This document shows, in pieces, positions 11,843 to 20,669 of a DNA stretch of 64,000 bases; within the stretch, counting starts at the first letter, position 1, and each line of letters starts with the position of its first letter. A program made the position numbers and the translations under genes. Source of the stretch: an uncultured delta proteobacterium (lineage in GTDB: Bacteria; Desulfobacterota; Binatia; UBA9968); contig CAVUVW010000014.1 of NCBI GenBank assembly GCA_963745035.1, forward strand, positions 192,001-256,000, in the 5' to 3' direction. The notes beneath the pieces are model-generated. The model did not search any database. It worked only from the letters and a program-made list of their open reading frames with translations, and was not told the DNA's origin.

Positions 11843-12722
11843 CTAGGGTTTTGTCCAGCCATAGAGCTTTGCCGGGTTGTTCTGCGAGGATCGAATCGCG
11901 AACTTGTTCATCCGGAGCCGCCGCCAGGAGGAAATCGAGAAGATCTCCGTCGTTGGGCATGGGCACGGAAATTCCCGCGTGCGGCCAGTTGCTGCCCCAG
12001 ATCACATGAGAGGGCCGAGCTTCAATGACTGCGCGCACAACGTCGGCCATGTCGCCGTATTCCGGCGGACCGGATTTCGACAATTGGTAAAAACTGTAGA
12101 GGTTGATCCAGGCGTGCTCTTCACTTTTTAGAATCGACAGCAGCTCGCGGAATTCGCGATCATCTTGGTTCCGTCCGGGCTCGGCATGCGCCACATGGTC
12201 GAAAACGTAGGGCATCGCGAGCGAGCGCAGGAAAGGCATGGCATCAATAACTTCTGCCATCGATTGTGCGAGAAACTCGACGTGCCAATCAAAGTCCGCG
12301 ACCCGTGCCGACATGGCTTGAGCGTCTGCGAACGACAAACCGCCCTTGCCGTTCGCCTTGACCCGAAAACCGGTGATGCCGCCGTTTTTAAGGCGCAGCA
12401 ACTCAGTATCGTTCATCGCGGGATCGAGGAGTGCCAAGCCTTTGAAATTGCCGTTCATGCGCGCGAGCGCGTCCAGCGTCACCTGATTGTCAGTGCCGTT
12501 GGCGCTGCCGGTGACGATGACCGCTCGCTCCAAACCGAGAGTCCGGTGCACTTTCAAGTAATCGTCGAGCGTCGAATGAGGATCGGGATCGTAGTTTCTC
12601 TCGGCGACGAGCGGGTAGCGCTCGAGCGGCCCGTAGACGTGGAGATGCGTGTCGCACGCGCCCGGCGGCGCGATGAGCCTGGGCCGTCTGGTATTCGGAT
12701 CGGGACGATGAACCGCACGCAT
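11843..12722 (-). CDS. Amidohydrolase family protein (2-pyrone-4,6-dicarboxylate lactonase-like)
   Basis: GACDTHLHVYG, VFDHVA, WGSNWPH; shift near 11880 hides the NPAKLYG C-terminus ending at TAG 11843. Confidence 0.8.
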
Positions 12723-12959
12723 CTTGCAACCGCCGAGTCACGCCAATGTAGTCCAACCGGCGAGCCAAATGCCAGGGGAAAGAAGCCCCGACAGTGAATC
12801 ACTTTGGCAATCCGCGCCGCCCAGGATAAACTCCGTGCGAGATCTTTCCCCGACTGAGCCACTACCGAAGTCCGATCCGGCTTGACGTAACTTTGACGAT
12901 TGCCCTATCTTGTTTTGCGCAAGACGATGTCTGAGATAATTTTTCCGAAAGGAGGCGTT

Positions 12960-14132
12960 ATGGCGGCAACCAATGGCAATCTAAATTTGTTTCTGTTGAA
13001 GGCCGACGGGCTGGCGCGGTGTCGTTGGGACGGAAAATCCGAGGGCGTCGAGGAGCTCAACAGCGCCCTGGAAGGCGAGACGGTGCGCGAAGTGGCGCGC
13101 GACCCGTTCCATCCGCGGCGCGTGTATGCGGCGACCTTGACCGAGATCCACGTCAGCGAGGACGACGGCGCAAGTTGGCAGTGGCTTCCCTCGGGCGGCA
13201 TCGATTATCGGGATATTTGGACGATGGCGGTGCATCCGACGCGCGCCGACGAGATCTACGTCGGCACTTTGCCGGCGGCGGTGTATGTGAGTGAAAACGG
13301 CGGAAGGTCGTTCCGCGAGCTTGCGGCCTTTCGCGCTCTGCCCGACTATCACAAGTGGACTTTTCCACCGGGCGCTCATGTCGCCCACACACGCTGCATC
13401 ACCCTGGATGCGCGCGTGCCCGACGAGATCCTCGTCGGCATCGAGGAGGGCGGCGTGGCGCGCAGCCGCGACCGTGGCGCGACCTGGGAAGACATCAGCG
13501 GCCCGGCGAGCGCGACCGCGTTTCCGAAGATCAACGATCCCGCCGGCATCGTGCCTTATGAAATGGGCCGGCACGAAGACGGCCGCGTGTATCGCGACGT
13601 GCACTGGGTGACGCGCCACCCAACTCGTTTGGAGACGCTTTTTGCAAGCACCGGGATCGGCACGTATCAGACCGAGGACGGCGGAAAAACCTGGGTCAAG
13701 TGCGAGTACGGCATGGGGCGCGCGTATGCGATTCCCATGTCCAACCATCATGCGGCGCCGGATCGACTCTTTCTCGGCGCGGCGGAAAATGGCCCCGCGT
13801 CCTGGCCCGGCCACCGCACCGTGCGCGCCGGACCCTACAACACGGTAAGATTCAGCCGCAATCTATCGGCGCAAACCGGCGGCGCCAAGACGCAGATTTT
13901 GCGCAGCGACGACGGCGGTAAAACCTGGGACCGGCTAGACGGCGGATTGCCGGCGGGCCACTCGCACATGACCTGCGGATTTGCCGCGCATCCCGAAGAT
14001 GACCGGACGCTGTGCGTCGGGTACACGGACGGATCGATTTACACCACCGCCGACGGCGGTGACACATGGAGTCGGCTCAAAGTCGCAGAAAGCAAGCTCT
14101 ACGGCCTCCGGCTCCTCGCCGCGGCTTCATGA
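12960..14132 (+). CDS. BNR/Asp-box repeat beta-propeller protein
   Basis: Repeated S/T-x-D-x-G-x-T/S-W boxes; SD GGAGG before ATG 12960. Confidence 0.8.
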   Translation: MAATNGNLNLFLLKADGLARCRWDGKSEGVEELNSALEGETVREVARDPFHPRRVYAATLTEIHVSEDDGASWQWLPSGGIDYRDIWTMAVHPTRADEIYVGTLPAAVYVSENGGRSFRELAAFRALPDYHKWTFPPGAHVAHTRCITLDARVPDEILVGIEEGGVARSRDRGATWEDISGPASATAFPKINDPAGIVPYEMGRHEDGRVYRDVHWVTRHPTRLETLFASTGIGTYQTEDGGKTWVKCEYGMGRAYAIPMSNHHAAPDRLFLGAAENGPASWPGHRTVRAGPYNTVRFSRNLSAQTGGAKTQILRSDDGGKTWDRLDGGLPAGHSHMTCGFAAHPEDDRTLCVGYTDGSIYTTADGGDTWSRLKVAESKLYGLRLLAAAS

Positions 14133-14222
14133 GTTATTGCAAACCCGGAAAAAGTGAGCCGCTTGCCTGCCCTTAAGACCAGCTTCGAGAAAATATAAAC
14201 CTGTTCTGGAGTGTAAAAGTAG

Positions 14223-14251
14223 TTGACAGACCCGCAACAATGCTGCACAAT
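14223..14251 (+). promoter_or_regulatory. Putative sigma70 promoter of pal
   Basis: TTGACA-17 nt-CACAAT. Confidence 0.5.
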
Positions 14252-14295
14252 CGGCCATCAAAAGCAGTCCACTATGGACGGAAGGTGGAGACAAG

Positions 14296-14865
14296 ATGAG
14301 GACGCGAAAGCCGATTTTGCAGTATGGGGCGAGTTCGTTGGTTGTGGCATTCCTAATTTCCTGCGGCAACCCGGCAAACCCGCCGCCGCCTAAATGGACG
14401 GCTGAAAACCAGAGCGCAGAGGCTACAAAACCGGCTCCCAAAGCGGCCCCTTCGAAGCCCGAACCAGGTACGACTTCCAGTTTAGATAATCTGCGCTCAG
14501 GCGATAGCGCCACCGGCGGGCCGCTCAAAGACGTGAGCTTCAACTTTGATAGCGCCGAGCTCTCCGAGAGCGCGCGCGCCACGCTCAAGGCAAACGCCGA
14601 CTGGCTCAAGGGCAATCCCACGGCGCGCGTGCAGATCGAAGGTCATTGTGATGAACGGGGAGCGGCAGATTACAACATGGCGCTCGGCGCCAAGCGCGCC
14701 CAGGCGGCGATGGACTACTTGACCACTCTGGGCATCGCGGGAAATCGCCTCTCGACGATCAGCTACGGCGAAGAAATTCCTGTTTGTAAAGAGAAGGCCG
14801 AAGACTGCTGGGCGAAGAATCGCCGCGCGCGCTTTGTCGTCGCGCCGAGCAAGCCGACTTCCTGA
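14296..14865 (+). CDS. pal: Peptidoglycan-associated lipoprotein
   Basis: Lipobox LISC; OmpA-like domain FNFDS, IEGHCDERG, YNMALGAKRA, TISYGEE, NRRA. Confidence 0.88.
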   Translation: MRTRKPILQYGASSLVVAFLISCGNPANPPPPKWTAENQSAEATKPAPKAAPSKPEPGTTSSLDNLRSGDSATGGPLKDVSFNFDSAELSESARATLKANADWLKGNPTARVQIEGHCDERGAADYNMALGAKRAQAAMDYLTTLGIAGNRLSTISYGEEIPVCKEKAEDCWAKNRRARFVVAPSKPTS

Positions 14866-14889
14866 TCTCCGCGAACGTTGTCGCTACCT

Positions 14890-14925
14890 AAAAAAGCCCG
14901 CGTCGAAAGGCGCGGGCTTTTTTTT
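14890..14925 (+). terminator. Rho-independent terminator (bidirectional form)
   Basis: A6-GCCCGCGTC-GAAA-GGCGCGGGC-T8. Confidence 0.9.
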
Positions 14926-15091
14926 GGTCCAATGAAGCTGCGCGAAATCCATTGCGGCGCTCCCTTTGCGATCATCCCCTCGACTTCAGAAACATAGCAT
15001 CTAATTGACACCGCTTCCGGCGCTTTGTTAGGGTCGCAAACGGCACATCGATTGCGCCATCCTCGAGCGCTCAACGGAGGACTCTTTTCTC

Positions 15092-16105
15092 ATGACGCCA
15101 AGCAAGAGCTTCGCGATGATTCTTGCGCTGCTGCTCAGCGTCCCGATTGCGGCCGCGGCATCGGCCCAGACACTCGACAGCTTCCGCGTTTCCTACGGCG
15201 GCTACAACGAGACCGCCGCGCCCATGTGGGTGGGCATCGACAAGGGAATTTTCAAAAAATACGGCATTGACGCCTCGATGATTCAGGTGCGCAGCGGCGC
15301 CCTAAGTGTGGCAGCGCTCGTTGCCAGAGAAGTTGACGCCGTCTGGCCAGCGCAGTCGACCATACTCAGCACGGTTTTCGGCGGCGTCAAGCTGGGCTGT
15401 ATCGCCAGCCCGATCAACAAGATTCCCCGCCTGCTGGTGGTTCGCAAGGACATCAACACCATCGAGGATCTGCGCGGCAAAGTCGTCGGCGTGCAGAGCA
15501 TCGGCGGCGGCTTTTGGCTGCAGACGATGATCATCTTCGATTCGCTCGGCATCGATCCCGACAAGCACGGACTGAAGTTCCGGGTGATCGGCGACGGGCC
15601 GGTGATCGCCCAGGCGCTCACGACAGGCAATATCGATGTCGCCGCGATGACCTATTCTCTCAGCGAGGCCGCGCTCAAGGCCGGATTCAGATCCATGATC
15701 GACGCGGCGGAGCTCAAGGCGCCGTATCAGGGGCCGAGCGTGTGCGCGTTGAAAGACGGGCTGGCGAACCGCCAGGATTTTTTTCTTCGGCTCACAAAGG
15801 GGCTGGCCGAAGCGACGGCGTTCATCCTGGACAGCGGCAACAAGGCCGAGGTGGTCAAAACGCTGATGAAGCACTTGCGCTTGGCAAAACCCGAGGAAGG
15901 CGAGTCTTCGTACAAAGTGCTCCGGCTCATGACGACACTGGACTTGGCGCCCAATCCGGCCGCATTCAAGATCGTGCAGCGCATCGTCGCGAAGGTGAAT
16001 CCAAAAATCAGCCAGGTCGATATCGATCAGATTATTGACGGCAGCTACGTCCGCAATCTCGAATCGAGTGGTTTCCTGGCGGAACTGCGGCGAAAGAGCA
16101 AATGA
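15092..16105 (+). CDS. ABC substrate-binding protein (SsuA/NMT1-like)
   Basis: Signal peptide; GIFKKYGID, DLRGKVVGV. Confidence 0.85.
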   Translation: MTPSKSFAMILALLLSVPIAAAASAQTLDSFRVSYGGYNETAAPMWVGIDKGIFKKYGIDASMIQVRSGALSVAALVAREVDAVWPAQSTILSTVFGGVKLGCIASPINKIPRLLVVRKDINTIEDLRGKVVGVQSIGGGFWLQTMIIFDSLGIDPDKHGLKFRVIGDGPVIAQALTTGNIDVAAMTYSLSEAALKAGFRSMIDAAELKAPYQGPSVCALKDGLANRQDFFLRLTKGLAEATAFILDSGNKAEVVKTLMKHLRLAKPEEGESSYKVLRLMTTLDLAPNPAAFKIVQRIVAKVNPKISQVDIDQIIDGSYVRNLESSGFLAELRRKSK

Positions 16106-16120
16106 GCAGAATGGCGGCAA

Positions 16121-17086
16121 TCAGCCGAACAGCTCCAATGTCTCTTCGGCGAACAGCTCGGCGATAGCGAATCTTCGCCGGGTGAGACCCTGCTCGTGAG
16201 AGTAGCGCGCCGCTGCCTCCAAGGTCGGCAGATTCTTCGTGACGCCATAGGGCGAGATATCGTCACCTAGCAGTTGGCGGGCATATTCCAAATCCAAGTT
16301 CGACCACGGCATGGCGGAGAGGCCTTCTTCGTAGGCTTCGAAGGCCAGACGCTTCGCCGACTCAAATCCCTCGGTCAATCGCGCGGCGATCGACGGCTCT
16401 TGCTCGTAGATCGCGCGCCGGATCACCACCATGTGCATGATGGGGAAGATTTTGGTTTTGCGATAGTAGTCTGCTTCGACCGCGCGGCTGTCGGGAAAGA
16501 GCCGTCGCACCCGCGGCGAGCCATTGAGAAACGGCCTCGGCGGCTGAGTTACGGCGACGGCATCGAGCTCGCCTTCTTCGAGGAGACCATCGAGCGTTTT
16601 GTCCTTGCCGATGCTGTCGATCCGAATACCCGCCGGGATCTCGATCGGCACATGCTCCGAACGCCGGCGAAACCAGTGGATGTCTTGGGGCGCAACGCCA
16701 TATTCGTGCTGCAAAAATCCTCGCGTAAAGAGCAGTGCCGTCATTGAGTAATCGGCGATGCCGACTTTCTTTCCTTTGAGGTCTTCCGGTCTCTCGATAC
16801 CCGAGCGGGTGTTGATCCAGACATAGGAGTGGCGAAACACGCGGGAGGGAAAAACCGGAATCGCGACGAAGCGCCGATCGTCCTTGCCGAGCGCAATCAT
16901 GTAGTTCGACAGCGACATTTCCGCGGCATCGTAAGCTTCGTCGCGCAGCATGCGCAGGAATATCTGCGACGGCGGCGAGAGATGGACGAACTTGAGATCC
17001 ACGCCGTCGACTTGAATCTGGCCATTGGCCAAAGCGCGGATGTGGTCGTACTCCCGGCAGCCGATTGTGATGGTTCGATTTGCCAC
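16121..17086 (-). CDS. 4,5-dihydroxyphthalate decarboxylase-like protein (PBP2 fold, no signal peptide)
   Basis: YDAAEMSLS, IPVFPSRVFRHS, IFPIMHMVVIR, PYGV motifs. Confidence 0.75.
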   Translation of the reverse strand: MANRTITIGCREYDHIRALANGQIQVDGVDLKFVHLSPPSQIFLRMLRDEAYDAAEMSLSNYMIALGKDDRRFVAIPVFPSRVFRHSYVWINTRSGIERPEDLKGKKVGIADYSMTALLFTRGFLQHEYGVAPQDIHWFRRRSEHVPIEIPAGIRIDSIGKDKTLDGLLEEGELDAVAVTQPPRPFLNGSPRVRRLFPDSRAVEADYYRKTKIFPIMHMVVIRRAIYEQEPSIAARLTEGFESAKRLAFEAYEEGLSAMPWSNLDLEYARQLLGDDISPYGVTKNLPTLEAAARYSHEQGLTRRRFAIAELFAEETLELFG

Positions 17087-17157
17087 GCTTTCCTCCTAAC
17101 GGTCCTCGATGGACCAGAATTTAGGTGGAACAGCGCTCAGAAGTCAAAGGATAATTA

Positions 17158-17352
17158 CTATTCGAAGGTGTGATAAACGTCGGGGAATATGTGGACCTTG
17201 ACTGAAGCCCTCGGCTGCTTCGCCAGCGTCTTGCAGGGCGAAAGTCGTTCCTCTCTTTCCAGATCTCCGATGATGACAATGGTTGGAATCGTCTTGGAGT
17301 ACGACAGCAAGTTGCGACAATCACCGTAAAGACTGACCGCTGCCTTTACAAT
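17158..17352 (-). pseudogene. C-terminal remnant of a dienelactone-hydrolase-like alpha/beta hydrolase
   Basis: Manual translation IVKAAVSLYGDC...IPTIVIIGDLE...VHIFPDVYHTFE*; no start codon. Confidence 0.55.
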
Positions 17353-17376
17353 TCAGAGCGCCATGCGCCTTGTCGA

Positions 17377-18351
17377 CTATTTCTTCGCTTTCTCGGCGAA
17401 CGTCCAGTCGCGGACGGACTGCGGACCGAGGCTGGTCTTGGATTTTTCCTTCAACCGGAACGTGCCGACGGCGAGCAGGTCGTTGACGATGGCGTCGGGG
17501 AGAGTCAGGTCGGGATTGTACTCGTCGCGGTAAAGCTTGAACAGGTTATCAGCGGTGGCGGCGTCGACGCGCATGATTCTTTGAAACACCGACTGTCGGT
17601 ATTCGGGATTCTGCAGCAAATAGAGCGTCGCCAAGCGCAGCGCGCGCAAGAGCCGGACGATTTCATCCGGATCTTTTTCCATCTTTTTCTGGGTCGCACC
17701 GATGCCGGTGATCGGAATGCGCACGAGCTCTCCCAACTCGCGCGCCGTCATGATCACGCGCAGTCCCTGCTTCTCAGCCGCAAACTCTGCGGGGCTGGTG
17801 ATCACCGTCGCGTCCACGCTGCCACTCACCACCGCCGCCAGACGCTCGGGAGTGCCGCCGCCGATGGCGAGGATGGTGAGATCTTTGTTGGGATCCATGC
17901 CGCTCCGGCTGATGGCGGCGTAGGCGGCGTAGTCAGCCGAGCTGCCGAACGAGTTGATACCGATTTTCTTGCCGCGCAGCGCTTTGACGCTCTCAATCTC
18001 CGGCCGCGCGACCATGAAGTACGAGCTGCTCTTGGTAACCGCGGCCAAGATTTTCACCGGTAGACCGCGCGCCGACGCGCCGGTGAGAAACGGCAGAATT
18101 GTGGCGTAATCCAGCTCGCCGGCCAGCAGCGCGGTAAGCATGAGATTGGTGCCGCGAAAAGTGATGAGCTGAACCTTCAGCCCTTCTTTCTCGAAGAATC
18201 CCCTCTCTTTGGCGACGACATACGGCAAGGTCGTCCAACTCCCCTGCCCGGACCAGCCGAGATTGACATCCTTGGTCTGCCCCGCCGCCGCGTCGACGAA
18301 GCAAAGGAGTAACGGCACCAGCACGATGAACAGTAGTTTCTCTTTTCTCAT
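17377..18351 (-). CDS. ABC substrate-binding protein (SsuA/NMT1-like)
   Basis: Signal peptide; GFFEKEGLKV, LRGKKIGINSFGS. Confidence 0.85.
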   Translation of the reverse strand: MRKEKLLFIVLVPLLLCFVDAAAGQTKDVNLGWSGQGSWTTLPYVVAKERGFFEKEGLKVQLITFRGTNLMLTALLAGELDYATILPFLTGASARGLPVKILAAVTKSSSYFMVARPEIESVKALRGKKIGINSFGSSADYAAYAAISRSGMDPNKDLTILAIGGGTPERLAAVVSGSVDATVITSPAEFAAEKQGLRVIMTARELGELVRIPITGIGATQKKMEKDPDEIVRLLRALRLATLYLLQNPEYRQSVFQRIMRVDAATADNLFKLYRDEYNPDLTLPDAIVNDLLAVGTFRLKEKSKTSLGPQSVRDWTFAEKAKK

Positions 18352-18374
18352 GACCGTCTCCGTTCAAGCGGCCG

Positions 18375-19193
18375 CTACTTATCGCCTAAATCCATCACGC
18401 CTGAAACCGGCCGGAGTTTTTTGTCGATGAATTGTTTCAGACCGGGGCGGCCGCCGTGTTCGCGGATCGTGCGCTCGGAGATCAAGTTAGAAATCTCGAA
18501 GGCGACGTCAGGCGCCGAGTAAGAGCTGTAGTACCACGCTTCCTTAACGGCCTTGAGCGCCGGCGGGCTTTTCTCGGCGAGGCATTTGGCGAGGTCTGCC
18601 ACTTCCTTGTCGAGATCCGCGCGCGGCACGACCCGCGATATGAGGCCGAGCCGCTCGGCCTCGCGCGCCTGCATCATCTTGCCGGTGAGCGCGTAATAAA
18701 GCCCGTGCTTGGGCTGAAGGTGCTCGGTCATCACGTAGGTGGTTTCGCCGGCGGGGAAATGACCGAAGTTGACCTCGGGTAGACCGAAGAGCGCGTCTTC
18801 CGAGGCGATCGCGATATCGCAGCCGGCGGTCACGGTCAACGCGCCGCCGAGGCACCAGCCGGTGATGCGGGCAATGACGGGCTTCGGCAACGTCCGCAGC
18901 ATCTCGCCGCGCCAGAGTCGCACCTTCTGGCGTAGCTCGTCGCGCACGCGCTCCGGCTGTTTGTCCATCTCGAGGGAATACTGTTTCAGGTCCTGGCCCG
19001 CGCAGAAGTTTTCGCCGGCGCCGGTGAGCACGATCACCCGCGTCTCGGTGTCGTAGCGGAGCTCGGTGAGCAGATCGAACATTTCCATGTGCAGCTGCGG
19101 GCTCATCGCGTTGCGCTTTTCCGGACGGTTGAATGCAATCGTCGTGATGCCGTTTTCTTTGGTCACGAGCAAGGTCTCATAGTTTGTCGCCAT
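18375..19193 (-). CDS. Enoyl-CoA hydratase/crotonase, hydroxycinnamoyl-CoA hydratase-lyase-like
   Basis: NRPEKRNAMSPQL, FCAGQDLK, GWCLGG, FGLPEVNFG. Confidence 0.82.
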   Translation of the reverse strand: MATNYETLLVTKENGITTIAFNRPEKRNAMSPQLHMEMFDLLTELRYDTETRVIVLTGAGENFCAGQDLKQYSLEMDKQPERVRDELRQKVRLWRGEMLRTLPKPVIARITGWCLGGALTVTAGCDIAIASEDALFGLPEVNFGHFPAGETTYVMTEHLQPKHGLYYALTGKMMQAREAERLGLISRVVPRADLDKEVADLAKCLAEKSPPALKAVKEAWYYSSYSAPDVAFEISNLISERTIREHGGRPGLKQFIDKKLRPVSGVMDLGDK

Positions 19194-19272
19194 GTTTTTC
19201 TCCTTTGGCTGATGTTCTCTCAGTTCTCAATTGACATAGCACTGCGTTGTTGAATATTCATCTTGGATGAAG

Positions 19273-19432
19273 GTTCAAGCTATTCAATGGTTCGACACGC
19301 TCACCATGAGCGGCTCGGATTCCGCTCGTCCTCAGCGAAGTCGAAGGATGGGCTCCGTTCAAAACGTCTTGAACGGTTTGAACGGAGGCATCGCGCCGGT
19401 TGAACGGAGTGACCGAAGGGAACGGTTGAACG
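19273..19432. repeat. Composite GTTCAA/TTGAAC repeat with a nested TTCGAC...GTCGAA hairpin; unoccupied homolog of the IS site
   Basis: Colinear with 20509-20581 plus 22009-22104; site reads GTCCTC-AG-CGAAGTCGAAGG. Confidence 0.9.
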
Positions 19433-19450
19433 CACAGTTTGGAGGAGCAA

Positions 19451-20494
19451 ATGAAGTCATCAATCCTGGCGATTCTGCTTGTGATGCTCGCGGTCGAGGT
19501 TGGATGGTGCCAATCCGCGCCGCCCAAGACCGCCGCCGACCTGGCGAAATATATGGGCGCCGATCGCGAGCGCGTGCTTTACGACGGCGCGAAAAAGGAA
19601 GGCAAGCTCGTCTGGTACACGTCGCTCACCATCTATAAAGAGATGGCCAAGTCCTTCGAAGCGCGCTATCCCGGCGTCACCGTGGAGCCCTATCGCGCCA
19701 CCGCGGTGAATCTCGTCAGCCGGATACTCAGCGAGGGACAAAGCAAGCGCTACCTCGTCGATGTCATCGAGACCACGCCAGGCTCGCTGATGCTGGTACG
19801 CGATAACAAGCTGCTCTTGCCCTACAACTCGCCGCATCTCGCCGCCTATCCGGAAAACTCGAAGGACAAGGCGCCGGGCGGTTTGTTCTACACCAGCGTG
19901 GATCGCGAATCGTACGCCGGCATCGGTTACAACAAAAATGCGATTCCAGCCGCCGACGTGCCGAAAAGCTGGAACGACCTGCTCAAGCCTTCGCTCAAAG
20001 GCAAGATCAGCATCAGCAACGAGGAAATCGCCACGCGGGTGGTCGGCTCGATGCTGAAAGAAAAAGGCGAAGGATTCATCAAGCAACTGGCGGCCCAGGA
20101 GATCAAACAGCACGGTCTCCCCGCGCTCGGCCTGAACGAGCTGATCGTCTCGGGCGAGGTGCCGCTCTCGTTTACCGCCGTCGACAGCAACGTGCGATTG
20201 GCCGCCGCGAGGGGCGCGCCCATCGCGTGGCTCCCCGGCGATCTCGTGCCCGCCAACGCGGGCAGCCTGGGCGCCTTCTTACATCCGCCGCATCCGCACG
20301 CGGCGCTGCTGTTCATCGATTTCATGATCGGTCCGGAAGGGCAAAAATTGTTCTCGGAAAAATACGGCTACGGCAGCCCGCGCAAGGAGCACCCCTTCAA
20401 ACGTTGGTATCCCGAGCAGGGACTATCGAGCTATGACTACGCCAACACCATCGAGAAGTGGAACAAGATTTTGCTGCAAATATCGAGGAAATGA
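19451..20494 (+). CDS. Extracellular solute-binding protein (AfuA/Fe3+-like family)
   Basis: Signal peptide; AKKEGKLVWYTS, PHPHAALLFIDF. Confidence 0.85.
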   Translation: MKSSILAILLVMLAVEVGWCQSAPPKTAADLAKYMGADRERVLYDGAKKEGKLVWYTSLTIYKEMAKSFEARYPGVTVEPYRATAVNLVSRILSEGQSKRYLVDVIETTPGSLMLVRDNKLLLPYNSPHLAAYPENSKDKAPGGLFYTSVDRESYAGIGYNKNAIPAADVPKSWNDLLKPSLKGKISISNEEIATRVVGSMLKEKGEGFIKQLAAQEIKQHGLPALGLNELIVSGEVPLSFTAVDSNVRLAAARGAPIAWLPGDLVPANAGSLGAFLHPPHPHAALLFIDFMIGPEGQKLFSEKYGYGSPRKEHPFKRWYPEQGLSSYDYANTIEKWNKILLQISRK

Positions 20495-20612
20495 ACGCTC
20501 TAGCAAGTGTTCAAAACGTTCAAGCCGTTCAATGGTTCGACACGCTCACCATGAGCGGCTCGGTTTGCCGCTCGTCCTGAGACTTGTATGATGGATGTCG
20601 GCTCTGAACCGG

Positions 20613-20666
20613 GAGTGCTCTGCTACAATGCCCGAAACGCGAAAGGCATTGTGCAAGGAGGCACTC
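20613..20666 (+). promoter_or_regulatory. Left-end hairpin covering the transposase Shine-Dalgarno (also 725-778)
   Basis: GAGTGC/GCACTC and ACAATGCC/GGCATTGT stems enclose AAGGAGG just before the ATG. Confidence 0.65.
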
Positions 20667-20669
20667 AGC

